Assembly (NCBI GenBank): GCA_964618765.1
Contig: CAZUDZ010000002.1
Location: 66,129 to 130,128, forward strand
Direction of reading: 5' to 3'
From: an uncultured Candidatus Saccharibacteria bacterium
Lineage (GTDB): Bacteria; Patescibacteriota; Dojkabacteria; SC72
Length of the DNA: 64,000 nt
Shown in pieces: positions 28,472-39,404 of this stretch (position 1 is its first letter; the number at the start of each line of letters is the position of its first letter). The notes beneath the pieces were generated by a model. That model saw only the letters and a program-made list of their open reading frames with translations, was not told the origin of the DNA and searched no databases. The translations under genes and the position numbers were made by a program.

Positions 28472-30817
28472 ATGCTAGAAGATTCCAAAGTAGAGAGAAA
28501 AGAGAAATTTAATATTTCTCTTTATCAGAAAAGCTTATTCAAAGCTCTACTATTTCTTTTGCCATTAGCTATTTTCCCCTTTCCTTGGGATTGGACCGAA
28601 GCAGCTATGTCTTTGTTAATTCTCTCTATCTCAATGATTATCTTAGGTCTAGAGGTAATTAAACTCTTTTGGGATGGTAAGTTGACCATTTTAAAGAGTA
28701 CTATGGATATAGGATTTTTCCTCCTTTTATTATCCCTACTTCTTTCAACGATATTCTCCACTGATTTTTCTACAAGCATATGGGGTATAGATGGAAGGTT
28801 GGGTGGTGGTTTAATACTTTTCATATCCGTTCTCTTTGTTGCAATATCTTCTAGAACATTCATAGAGGGAGAGGAGGATGTTCATTCTTTGATAATGGCT
28901 TTTCTAATTGGCTTTTTTATAAATAACTTTTTAAGTTTACTCTCATTCTTTGGGGTTAATATCTGGGGTTTAATTCCTGCTTATCGTGATTTATACCAAG
29001 CAGGATTACCACTTTTAAGATCGTCAAAGATTCACTTGCTAATTAATTTTGTAAATATCATTGCATGTATAGGGATTATTGGTGAGTATTTAATAAACAG
29101 TAAGAGAAAATTAGAATACATTCTCTCTTTTCTGTTTGGGTTACTCTCCGTAATTAATATTTGGTTTTACTCCATTAATCAAAAAATCACCCTTACACTC
29201 TTTCTCTTGGTAGGTGTAGCTATTCTTTTGTTAATTGCTTTGAAAGGAATTAAGCTAGAGAAAGAAACTTCTAAACAAATATTTCTTTTCTCTTTAATAT
29301 GTGTTTTCTTAATAGCGATACCCGTTATCTTTCTACAGATACCTAGAGTAAGAGATGCTATTTTAACAAAGGAGTTTGAAATGATATCCGAAGTATCCCT
29401 AGGTTTTGATATCTCTTGGATAATAACGGGATCTGTAATAGTAAGCGGTTTTGTAGGAGGACTCCTAGGATTTGGTCCTGCAACTTACTCAATTGTATAC
29501 CATATGTTTAAGCCGTATGATCTTGGATTACTAATGCTAGGAGATGCAACTTTCCACACAGGTACAAATGAAGTCTTAACAAAAGTAGCAAGTGGAGGAC
29601 TGCTGTGGTTTCTCGTTTGGCTTTTCATAGGATATTTGATTGTAAAAAGCTTTGTTTCTGATCTTAAAATAGGAAAAGATTCCTTAAAAAAAGTAAATGG
29701 ATGGAGAATCTTGATAGTAGATGTAGTTATTTTAACAATATACCTTTCCTCTTTCCTGCTCTCCTACTCTGTCTTAGTAATTTTTCTTCTGTTACTATTT
29801 GTATCTTTAAGATCAGTGTTGATATATGACTTAAAGAAACTAACCAACGAGAAATTCATTCTCAAGTTCTGGGCATTAAATGTGTCATCAACTCCTCAAG
29901 TAGGAAGCTCTTTGTATAGTTTTAATATATTTCTAACAGTTCTTGTATCTATTATCACCCTGGGTCTTTTTGGGATGTGGACCTTTAAAGGGATTGGGAG
30001 TATACAGGCAGTAAGGGCAGAAGCCTATTTAGCAAGGGAAAACCAAAAGTACAATGTTAATACAGAATTAGTTCCTACTATAGAGGAAAGGGAGGAAGCA
30101 ATTTCTACATTAGATAAACTGTACACTTCTGCTTTAAGTTTTGACAGGAATAACCCTTTGTATAACAGGAAAAAGGCTCTAATGCTATTGGAGAAGATAG
30201 GTGTGGTTGCTGAACAGTTCTCTTCTGTTGATGAAGAAGATACGGAACAGGTAGATCAATTAGTCTCTGCTGTTACAGCATTAAAGAGTGAAGCTATAGA
30301 GTACTCACGGAAAAGTACAGATTTAGCTCCTTCTGTTTATGCCAATTGGTTAACCAGAACAACAATATATACAGGCTTGGTGGGAATAGGATTCAATGAG
30401 CATATTTCAGATGCACAATCTTCCTTAGAGAAAGCCATAACTTTAAATCCTTTAAATTACCAACTCTATTACAGTATGGCACAGGTATATATAGTCAAAG
30501 GTGATCAAGATAGTGCCTTGAAGCTACTAACAAAGGTTTTAGAGATAAACCCTCAGCACATTCCATCTATACTCCTTATCGCAGATTTAAACAAAGAGAA
30601 AGGAAATATGGATATTTATGTTTCCTATCTACAAGCGGCACAGCAAATTTTAGAGAAAGAGGAAGCTACGGATACTGAAATCTATGATGAAATAATTAAA
30701 ACCTTAGGGGAATTAGATCTTGAAGAATTGGGGTTAGATAAGGAACCAGATACTAATTTAGGAGATGAAAAAGAAATAGAATCAAAGCAGGAGAAGAAGA
30801 ATCTCATTACTGATTAG
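28472..30817 (+). CDS. Polytopic O-antigen-ligase-like membrane protein with C-terminal TPR repeats
   Basis: 12 or more TM, GFGPATY loop motif, TNEVL...GGLL, TPRs (KAITLNPLN, KVLEINPQH). Confidence 0.7.
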   Translation: MLEDSKVERKEKFNISLYQKSLFKALLFLLPLAIFPFPWDWTEAAMSLLILSISMIILGLEVIKLFWDGKLTILKSTMDIGFFLLLLSLLLSTIFSTDFSTSIWGIDGRLGGGLILFISVLFVAISSRTFIEGEEDVHSLIMAFLIGFFINNFLSLLSFFGVNIWGLIPAYRDLYQAGLPLLRSSKIHLLINFVNIIACIGIIGEYLINSKRKLEYILSFLFGLLSVINIWFYSINQKITLTLFLLVGVAILLLIALKGIKLEKETSKQIFLFSLICVFLIAIPVIFLQIPRVRDAILTKEFEMISEVSLGFDISWIITGSVIVSGFVGGLLGFGPATYSIVYHMFKPYDLGLLMLGDATFHTGTNEVLTKVASGGLLWFLVWLFIGYLIVKSFVSDLKIGKDSLKKVNGWRILIVDVVILTIYLSSFLLSYSVLVIFLLLLFVSLRSVLIYDLKKLTNEKFILKFWALNVSSTPQVGSSLYSFNIFLTVLVSIITLGLFGMWTFKGIGSIQAVRAEAYLARENQKYNVNTELVPTIEEREEAISTLDKLYTSALSFDRNNPLYNRKKALMLLEKIGVVAEQFSSVDEEDTEQVDQLVSAVTALKSEAIEYSRKSTDLAPSVYANWLTRTTIYTGLVGIGFNEHISDAQSSLEKAITLNPLNYQLYYSMAQVYIVKGDQDSALKLLTKVLEINPQHIPSILLIADLNKEKGNMDIYVSYLQAAQQILEKEEATDTEIYDEIIKTLGELDLEELGLDKEPDTNLGDEKEIESKQEKKNLITD

Positions 30818-31535
30818 TTTGTTTCAAATAGTATGCTCTTCCTCTGAACATACAGGCTGCATTAACTATTAAGTCTTCTCCCCAAAATTTTTTTAAACAG
30901 AAACAAATACTTTCTAAGGTAGATCCAGTTGTAATTACATCATCGATGATAGTGATACTTCTATATGAAGATATATTAAAATTACTATTAACAATAAAAT
31001 CTTTGTATGAGAGAGCCTTCCTTTCATCTTTGTCTTTTAAAGATTGATGCCCATAACTATTTCTTCGCTTTAAAATGTCTTCTGAAAACGGGATATTTAA
31101 TCTGTTAGCAAGAGTTTTTGAAACCCCTAATGTTTGATTAAATCCCCTTTCCCTCAGTCTGTTTAAAGAAATCGGCACGTTAGTTAAAATACTACCTTCT
31201 AAAACTGATGGGAAGGAAGAGTTCGAGATGTTCTCAATGAAAAACTCAGAAAGGGTGTCTGCAAGATCGTATACATAATTGTATTTATATCTCTTTAATA
31301 GATCTGCTGTAAGAGAATTATATTCCCAACACACAAAGACATGATCTAAAGCAGAGATTTTCTTTAATTCTTTATACTCCTTATGTGTTGTGTAATTTGA
31401 AGAGAGTCTTCTACAGCCGTAGCATTCGGGAAGAGTTCTTTTGAAAAGCTTTTTACACCTTTCACACAGGTAGCTTCCCTTTCTAGAGCATATGCTACAA
31501 GTTTTGGGGAAAACAATATCTAGGATATTTTGCAT
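30807..31535 (-). CDS. comF: ComF-family competence phosphoribosyltransferase
   Basis: FPKTCSIC...LCERC zinc ribbon, ERGFNQ, IIDDVITTGST. Confidence 0.9.
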   Translation of the reverse strand: MQNILDIVFPKTCSICSRKGSYLCERCKKLFKRTLPECYGCRRLSSNYTTHKEYKELKKISALDHVFVCWEYNSLTADLLKRYKYNYVYDLADTLSEFFIENISNSSFPSVLEGSILTNVPISLNRLRERGFNQTLGVSKTLANRLNIPFSEDILKRRNSYGHQSLKDKDERKALSYKDFIVNSNFNISSYRSITIIDDVITTGSTLESICFCLKKFWGEDLIVNAACMFRGRAYYLKQTNQ

Positions 31536-31632
31536 ATTTCTTCATTATTACACCCTGTTATTAAATCAAGATTAATTGATAAAAAGTACAGTTTAAATTA
31601 TCATATATTCGCATAACCAACATATATGAAAT

Positions 31633-33432
31633 ATGTCGAAAATTTTGAAACAAAAAAATAGTATTCACTTTGTAATGCTTCTTCTTTTAATTACTAAGAT
31701 ACTTGGTTTCCTTAAATTAAGAACTATTGCACAGTTATTTGGTGTTTCCCATGAGCTAGATATCTTTTGGGCTGCATTTACAATCCCAGATATGCTTTTT
31801 ATGCTTTTGGTTGCTGGGTCAATAAATGCAGCTATAATTCCAACACTCTCGGAAATTCTTCATAAAGAAGGAGAGGACTCCTTAAACAAATTTTTCAACT
31901 ATTTAACAATAATAATCTCTATTAGTTTTGTAGTTATTGCAACAGTTCTCTTCATTTTTACACCTCAACTTACAACACTATTAATAGAATCTGATTTTCT
32001 TCAAAATGTTCTAAAATTTGGAGATAGAATAGGACCAGAAGATTTTGACCAATTCGTTTCCTTAACAAGGATAATGATGATCTCTCCAATTCTTTTAGGA
32101 GTAAGTAGCCTTTTAACAGGATACCTACAAGTTAGAAAACAATTCTTTGTTACTTCACTAGCTCCTCTCTTTTACAATATGGCGATGATTTTAGGATCAA
32201 TAATTTTGGTCTCTGTATTTGGTATGGGGGTGGAAGGGATTGCGATTTCAGCTGTAGTAGGGTCTTTACTTCACCTGTTAGTACAGATCCCTGAATTTAA
32301 GAAATATTTTAGGAATCGTGTAAAGAAAGAATCTCAACCTTTCAAAGAGAAATTTTTGCGCAGTAAAGTAATTCAAACTGTAAAACTTGCTATTCCTAGG
32401 ACTATTTCGATTCTAGGAGAGGAGATGAATACAGTAATTAATACACTGATTAGTTTCTCCCTGGCTGTAGGAGCCCTTAGTGCTTACAAATTTGCAGTAA
32501 GTTTACATCTTTTCCCAATAAATATCATAGGCAGTGCTATAGCACAAGTAGCGCTACCTGACTTAGCTGAGAACTGTGAAAATGAAAAAGAGTACTGCAG
32601 AGTTTTAAATAAATCCATACAAACAGCTCTCTTCTTGGTATTCCCAATAGTTGCTATTCTAATAGTTTTGAGACTCCCCATAGTTAGGTTAGCGTACGGA
32701 ACAGGTGCTTTCGACTGGAGGGCAACAATTTTAACGGCTTGGTGTCTTGTACTTCTTAGTATCTCTGTTATCGGACAAACGGTAGTACAGATTCTTTTAA
32801 GAGCATTCTATGCTCTTAAGGAGACTTGGTTACCTTTGCTTGCCATAACGGTAGGAATAATTGTGAATATACTGTTAGCTTTACTTCTTACCAACTTCTT
32901 TAGCCACTATTACGATTGGAGACCAATAGTAGAACAAATGTTCCTGCAGATTACCGAGGCAAATGGCAAAGAATTCATAAATGTATTCATGTCTTTTCTA
33001 GGAGATATTGTCAGATGGTCAACGAAGAGGGGGGATTCTGATTTTGCTGTAGGAGGTCTCTCATTAAGTTTAAGTATCTCATATTTGGTAGAGATGGTAG
33101 TCTTAGTACTGTTGCTTAATCTTAAAAGTAAAGTCCTAACATGGAAGAAATCTGTTTATCCTACTTTCAAAAAAGCTCTCAACACTGTACTAATGTGTAT
33201 AGGGATGTATTTTGTCTTCAAATTATTTGATTTCCAGTTAGATACTACTAGGACACTCTCTATTGTGATCTTAACAGTAGTAACTTCTCTGTATGGACTC
33301 CTCTCATATTGGTTAGGTGCCAAGGTCTTCAGGATTAAGGAGATAGGGGTTATCGATGAAATTCTAACTGATATTGGTAATAACTTGTTTAGGAGGAATG
33401 GAAAAAATGGGCAAAGTGCAAAAAACTTTTAA
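31633..33432 (+). CDS. murJ: Lipid II flippase MurJ/MviN
   Basis: KILGFLK, AFTIPD, AAIIP, YGTGAF, RAFYALKET; about 14 TM. Confidence 0.9.
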   Translation: MSKILKQKNSIHFVMLLLLITKILGFLKLRTIAQLFGVSHELDIFWAAFTIPDMLFMLLVAGSINAAIIPTLSEILHKEGEDSLNKFFNYLTIIISISFVVIATVLFIFTPQLTTLLIESDFLQNVLKFGDRIGPEDFDQFVSLTRIMMISPILLGVSSLLTGYLQVRKQFFVTSLAPLFYNMAMILGSIILVSVFGMGVEGIAISAVVGSLLHLLVQIPEFKKYFRNRVKKESQPFKEKFLRSKVIQTVKLAIPRTISILGEEMNTVINTLISFSLAVGALSAYKFAVSLHLFPINIIGSAIAQVALPDLAENCENEKEYCRVLNKSIQTALFLVFPIVAILIVLRLPIVRLAYGTGAFDWRATILTAWCLVLLSISVIGQTVVQILLRAFYALKETWLPLLAITVGIIVNILLALLLTNFFSHYYDWRPIVEQMFLQITEANGKEFINVFMSFLGDIVRWSTKRGDSDFAVGGLSLSLSISYLVEMVVLVLLLNLKSKVLTWKKSVYPTFKKALNTVLMCIGMYFVFKLFDFQLDTTRTLSIVILTVVTSLYGLLSYWLGAKVFRIKEIGVIDEILTDIGNNLFRRNGKNGQSAKNF

Positions 33433-34057
33433 AATTTTCCTCCTCTTTCTTTCTATTTTAATTATATTACTTTTCGTCTTTTTTATTACTCTTTCAAGAA
33501 AATATAGTAGATGGGAGGACAATATTTTAAAATCGAGTTCTGCACTAGTCTGTTTAGATGATATTTATACAGAGAAGAATATGGCTGAGATAGAGAGTGA
33601 AATAGAGCAGAAGGTAGAAAAATTTATCCTCTCGGATAGTAGAACTGATTTTGTTGTTTTAGATCAACAGGAAGTTTTACATATTTTAGCTAACAATATT
33701 CAGGAACAGCCATATTTTGATTTGCAAAATATCTGCTTATCTTCCTCAGTTGGTCTTTGGCATATATATACGAGGTATGATATCCGACCTCTCTCTTCTA
33801 AGAAAGTGATTTTCTCCTCCCTATGGATTGTTATGGATATTGTGAAGGATAATAGGGAGACACCTGAAATATATGTTAAGGAAATAAGGGTTGGGGATAT
33901 TAAGCTTCCTGAGATATTCACCAAAAACATTATTGTAGAAATAAACAAGGGGATGACAGATGCCACAATTCTGCTTAATGAGAATAGATTCTTGGGTAGG
34001 AGGATAGAGAATATAGAATTGCTTGAGGGGAAAGTAGTTTTTAAGGGGACAATATAA
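33407..34057 (+). CDS. Hypothetical membrane-anchored protein
   Basis: N-terminal TM; overlaps murJ end; AGGAGG 10 nt upstream of ATG 33407 (alternative starts 33398/33374). Confidence 0.7.
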   Translation: MGKVQKTFKIFLLFLSILIILLFVFFITLSRKYSRWEDNILKSSSALVCLDDIYTEKNMAEIESEIEQKVEKFILSDSRTDFVVLDQQEVLHILANNIQEQPYFDLQNICLSSSVGLWHIYTRYDIRPLSSKKVIFSSLWIVMDIVKDNRETPEIYVKEIRVGDIKLPEIFTKNIIVEINKGMTDATILLNENRFLGRRIENIELLEGKVVFKGTI

Positions 34058-34092
34058 TATTTCTCTTGTAGATAGGTCTTTTCACATTGTAC

Positions 34093-34122
34093 TTGAATAA
34101 TCCTTGTTTTGTGTGATACAAT
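34093..34122 (+). promoter_or_regulatory. Sigma-70 promoter of groES-groEL
   Basis: TTGAAT(34093-34098)-N18-TACAAT(34117-34122) with TGn extension. Confidence 0.65.
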
Positions 34123-34125
34123 TCT

Positions 34126-34152
34126 TTGGCAATCATTAAATTAATCTGCTAA
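34126..34152. promoter_or_regulatory. Variant CIRCE operator upstream of groES
   Basis: TTGGCA-atcattaaattaatc-TGCTAA, 27 bp, between -10 and the groES ATG. Confidence 0.8.
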
Positions 34153-34158
34153 AACAGT

Positions 34159-34458
34159 ATGGCTAAAAGTATAAAAATTCAACCTTTAGGTAAAAGAGTT
34201 CTAGTAAAACCTGATGAGATAGAAGAAACTACATCGGGAGGTTTAGTTTTACCACCTAGTGCAAGTGAAGATCAAAAACCAGAAACAGGTATTATTACTA
34301 AACTTGGGAAAGGCAAAGAAGATGGAAAGGACATATCTTTTGAAGTTTCTGTGGGTGACCGAGTCTACTTTAAGAAATACTCTCCTGATGAAATATTAAT
34401 AAAGGAAGAGAAGTATTTCCTTCTAAATGAGGAGGATATTCTTGCAGTTATTAAGTAA
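34159..34458 (+). CDS. groES: Co-chaperonin GroES
   Basis: IQPLGKRVLVK, TSGGLVLP, VGDRV, EEDILAVI. Confidence 0.97.
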   Translation: MAKSIKIQPLGKRVLVKPDEIEETTSGGLVLPPSASEDQKPETGIITKLGKGKEDGKDISFEVSVGDRVYFKKYSPDEILIKEEKYFLLNEEDILAVIK

Positions 34459-34477
34459 AGGGAGATATATAAAATAG

Positions 34478-36133
<1,656 letters not shown>

Positions 36134-36153
36134 AATCCTTAGTAATCTAAAAA

Positions 36154-36184
36154 TAAAAAGGGGGCTGAAACAGCCTCCTTTTTA
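36154..36184. terminator. Bidirectional intrinsic terminator between groEL and the XRE gene
   Basis: TAAAAAGGGGGCTG-AAA-CAGCCTCCTTTTTA. Confidence 0.9.
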
Positions 36185-36210
36185 TATATATCTTCTTGTT
36201 ATCAATTCTT

Positions 36211-36759
36211 TTATACAAATCTTAATTCCTGTGCTAATACTCTCCCAATAATATCCTGTTGTTTTGAATTGAACCTTTTTTCTACGATTAATCCATCATT
36301 ATATCTCTTTAATACCAATTCGTTACTCTCAGTAGCGACTCCTAGTTTTGGAGAAATGAAGAGATAGCCTTTATCATTAAGAGAACCGTCTTTAATATCT
36401 ATCAAAGAGCTATCTATTACGAAACATTCGAAGTCCTTATCCAATACCCAATCAGGAGCAGTATAATACTCAAAAACTTGGGCATTCACAAAATCCATAT
36501 CCTCAGGAATCTCTTTGAATAGTGGAACTCTATTTAAGACATACTGCTTGTTTTCTTTGGGATTTTTTAAAAGATCAGAGGAGCTAATATTTAGAGCATC
36601 AGCTAGTGAGTCTATCTGTTTAAAGGGAGAACTCATCCCTCTTTCATATCTAGAAATCATTTCCCAACTTTTCCCTATTTTCTCTGCAAGGTCTTTCTGT
36701 GTCATGCTCTTTCTCTCCCTGTATATTCTAATGTTTTCGCCAATGTAATTTTTGTTCAT
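36211..36759 (-). CDS. XRE-family HTH regulator with degenerate LexA/cI-like C-terminal domain
   Basis: IGENIRIYRERKSMTQKDLAEKIG...ISRYERG; RVPLF linker, VEKRF, IIGRV. Confidence 0.85.
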   Translation of the reverse strand: MNKNYIGENIRIYRERKSMTQKDLAEKIGKSWEMISRYERGMSSPFKQIDSLADALNISSSDLLKNPKENKQYVLNRVPLFKEIPEDMDFVNAQVFEYYTAPDWVLDKDFECFVIDSSLIDIKDGSLNDKGYLFISPKLGVATESNELVLKRYNDGLIVEKRFNSKQQDIIGRVLAQELRFV

Positions 36760-36875
36760 ATATATAGATTCTAATTACATATTACCTATTCTGGAATAGA
36801 AGAAGATTATATAAATAAGAAAAGAAGTTTCTTGTTTGACAGGAAGTTGTAAGAATTTTAATTTAAGATATCTCT

Positions 36876-37058
36876 ATGCAAGGAAATATTAAGGAGAAAC
36901 TCCAAATTAAACTTGTTTCTGAACAAGTTATTATTAAGGCTCAAAAGATCTTGGATAAATTAATAACCAGAGAAGAATTTATAACAAAGGAAGAGATACT
37001 CTCTTTGAAGAAAGAGATTAAAAGAATGAAGAAGCTTTTAAGAGGATATAATATCTAA
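36876..37058 (+). CDS. Small basic helical hypothetical protein
   Basis: 60 aa ORF divergent from XRE gene; TAAGAT 6 nt upstream of ATG; TTGACA at 36836. Confidence 0.5.
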   Translation: MQGNIKEKLQIKLVSEQVIIKAQKILDKLITREEFITKEEILSLKKEIKRMKKLLRGYNI

Positions 37059-37505
37059 CCAATTTTCCTTAAGCCATATATCAGCTTTTTCCTGTTCTTT
37101 AAGTAATTCTCTTTTCTGTAACTCTTTTCTTATTATATTTCCTTGGTGAGGCTTATCAAATTGTTTTTGTAGGGGGGAACTAAATCCGTGAGCGTAATGA
37201 CATAGTTCGTGGGCTATTGTAGCTTTTACAACAAACTTTGGAACTATGTCATACTGAAAGTATCTAGTTACTGTTATAACAGTAATACTTTTGTCATCCT
37301 GTACGTAGTAATCACTTTTTTTCTTTTTTAATATCCCCTTTATCTTGGTGCTCTTATTCGCTACCGTAATACTTCCAAGCTGTCGTTTGGAATATCTCCC
37401 ATATTTAATTATGACAAGATTTTTCCTAGGGATATCGCAGAAATGATTCTCCCATATTTCATACAGCAAATTTTCTAAAAATTCTACGCTTCTTGTTTTA
37501 CTCAT
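37038..37505 (-). CDS. SprT-like zinc metallopeptidase
   Basis: IAHELCHYAHG (HExxH) plus distal PHQG; basic N-terminal half. Confidence 0.75.
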   Translation of the reverse strand: MSKTRSVEFLENLLYEIWENHFCDIPRKNLVIIKYGRYSKRQLGSITVANKSTKIKGILKKKKSDYYVQDDKSITVITVTRYFQYDIVPKFVVKATIAHELCHYAHGFSSPLQKQFDKPHQGNIIRKELQKRELLKEQEKADIWLKENWLDIISS

Positions 37506-37530
37506 CTTTTAAGCATGCTATCATATTTTA

Positions 37531-39339
37531 ATGATTGTACAAAAATTGAAACGAAAAATCTCTTCCTTGGGAAAAGCTCTAAAGTTCATATATTCTAAAT
37601 ACCCCTTTCCTGCTATATTTAGAGACATACTTTTCGTACTATCTACTGTAGCAGAAATATATGAAATTGCTGTGTTAGGAAAATTTATAGATGAGACAAC
37701 AAACATTCTGCTTAATTGGAAATCATTTGATTTTAGTAAGTATCTTTCAACTGATTCTTTCTACTATCTTTTGTTGATATTGCTTCTTTGGATTGTTATC
37801 CAGATATGTATTAGAACAAGGGAGTACATGTTCCAAGTTATAAGCGAAAAGGTGTGGGAGGATTCTCATCATATGATTTTAGATAAGGTTTCAGGAGCTA
37901 ATCTAGAGGATATAGAGACAGAAGATTTTCAAGATATGTTAACTTTTGCACCTGCATTTTCAATTGGGAGAATAACCTCGGTATATGAGAACTTTTCATC
38001 TGTACTGAGTAACAGTATTAGATTAATAAGTGCTGGAGCTATTCTTTTTAGAACGATGGGTTGGAGTGTCTTGCTGCTTTTACTTTTTGTACTTCCGGAA
38101 ACAGTAGTTGTGCATATTAGAAGGAAGAGGCTTTGGGTGTACAGAGAAAAGGAGATTGGTAAAATCAAATTTCTCAACTATGTTCAAAATCTAGGACTGT
38201 CAATAGCTAATTTTGTAGAACTGAGAGTTAATAATATATATTCATACCTTAAGAGAAGGTATAAAGAGGAGTATGATGAATATGTAGATGGACTATTAAA
38301 GAAAGAGGGAGATTTCTCTAGAGATAAAGCTACCTATTCCATCATGGGTCAGGTTATGAAGTTCTCGTATGTCATATATATGCTTTCTGTTTCCATCGTA
38401 AAAGGTTTGTCCTTTGGTACCTTTAAAGCCCTCTATGACTATGTAGATGTTGTATACACCAGTATCTTTAGAGTAATAGATTCTTTCTCCTTAATGTCAA
38501 TTAATTTGGAATACATAGGAGAGTTCTTTAACTTAATAGAATACAAAGGTTTTGGAGATTATGAACATGGAGATATTAAATTAAAGGAAGGAACTTCTGC
38601 ATTAGAATTCAAAAACTTGGACTTTGCATATCCTGATGATCCAAAAACCAAAGTTCTAAAAAAATTAAATCTTGAAGTTAAACCCGGAGAGAAAGTGGCC
38701 TTTTTTGGGGGAGATGGTTCTGGGAAGAGTACAGCCGTAAAAATATTAACAGGCTTGTATAGAGTAAAAGAGGGAAATTACTTCATAGATGGCCATGATA
38801 TTCAAGAATTAGATAGAAGACAGTTAAAGAAGAAACTTTCTGTAATATTTCAAGATTTCATAGATTATCACTTTAGCCTCATGGAGAATGTAGTGATTTC
38901 TGGAGTTAGGAAGAATATAGATAGGAAGCTGTATGATGAGGTTAGTAAAATAGCCCATGTGGGGAAATTTAAAAAGCAGATTAATCTAAAAGACAGTAGT
39001 ATTTTAGGAAAGACTTTTCCTGCAGGTAAAGATCTCTCTCCTGGATATTGGCAGAGGCTCTCGATAGCAAGAATGCTTTACAGAAATAGAAACATCTTTG
39101 TAATGGATGAACCGTTTACCTTCATAGATGACATTTCAGCAAAGGATATTCTTGAGGGTATGTTTGATTTTGTAGGAGATGACAGATCCATAATATACAT
39201 TACTAGAAGTGTTAATCTGTTGGAGGAGTTTGATAGAATCTACTATTTTGATAAAGGAAAGATCATTGAATCTGGATCTTGGGATGAGCTAATAAAAAAG
39301 AAGGGAGAACTGTATAAGCAAACACATAACCGTAACTAA
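37531..39339 (+). CDS. ABC exporter, fused TMD-NBD half transporter with degenerate NBD
   Basis: 6 TM; Walker A GGDGSGKST; Q-loop IFQD; signature LSPGY; Walker B FVMDEP. Confidence 0.9.
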   Translation: MIVQKLKRKISSLGKALKFIYSKYPFPAIFRDILFVLSTVAEIYEIAVLGKFIDETTNILLNWKSFDFSKYLSTDSFYYLLLILLLWIVIQICIRTREYMFQVISEKVWEDSHHMILDKVSGANLEDIETEDFQDMLTFAPAFSIGRITSVYENFSSVLSNSIRLISAGAILFRTMGWSVLLLLLFVLPETVVVHIRRKRLWVYREKEIGKIKFLNYVQNLGLSIANFVELRVNNIYSYLKRRYKEEYDEYVDGLLKKEGDFSRDKATYSIMGQVMKFSYVIYMLSVSIVKGLSFGTFKALYDYVDVVYTSIFRVIDSFSLMSINLEYIGEFFNLIEYKGFGDYEHGDIKLKEGTSALEFKNLDFAYPDDPKTKVLKKLNLEVKPGEKVAFFGGDGSGKSTAVKILTGLYRVKEGNYFIDGHDIQELDRRQLKKKLSVIFQDFIDYHFSLMENVVISGVRKNIDRKLYDEVSKIAHVGKFKKQINLKDSSILGKTFPAGKDLSPGYWQRLSIARMLYRNRNIFVMDEPFTFIDDISAKDILEGMFDFVGDDRSIIYITRSVNLLEEFDRIYYFDKGKIIESGSWDELIKKKGELYKQTHNRN

Positions 39340-39404
39340 AATATTCTTAATATCCCCTCTCTAACCTGTAATTTTACTTAATAGAATGGTAAAATAGCGC
39401 ACAT

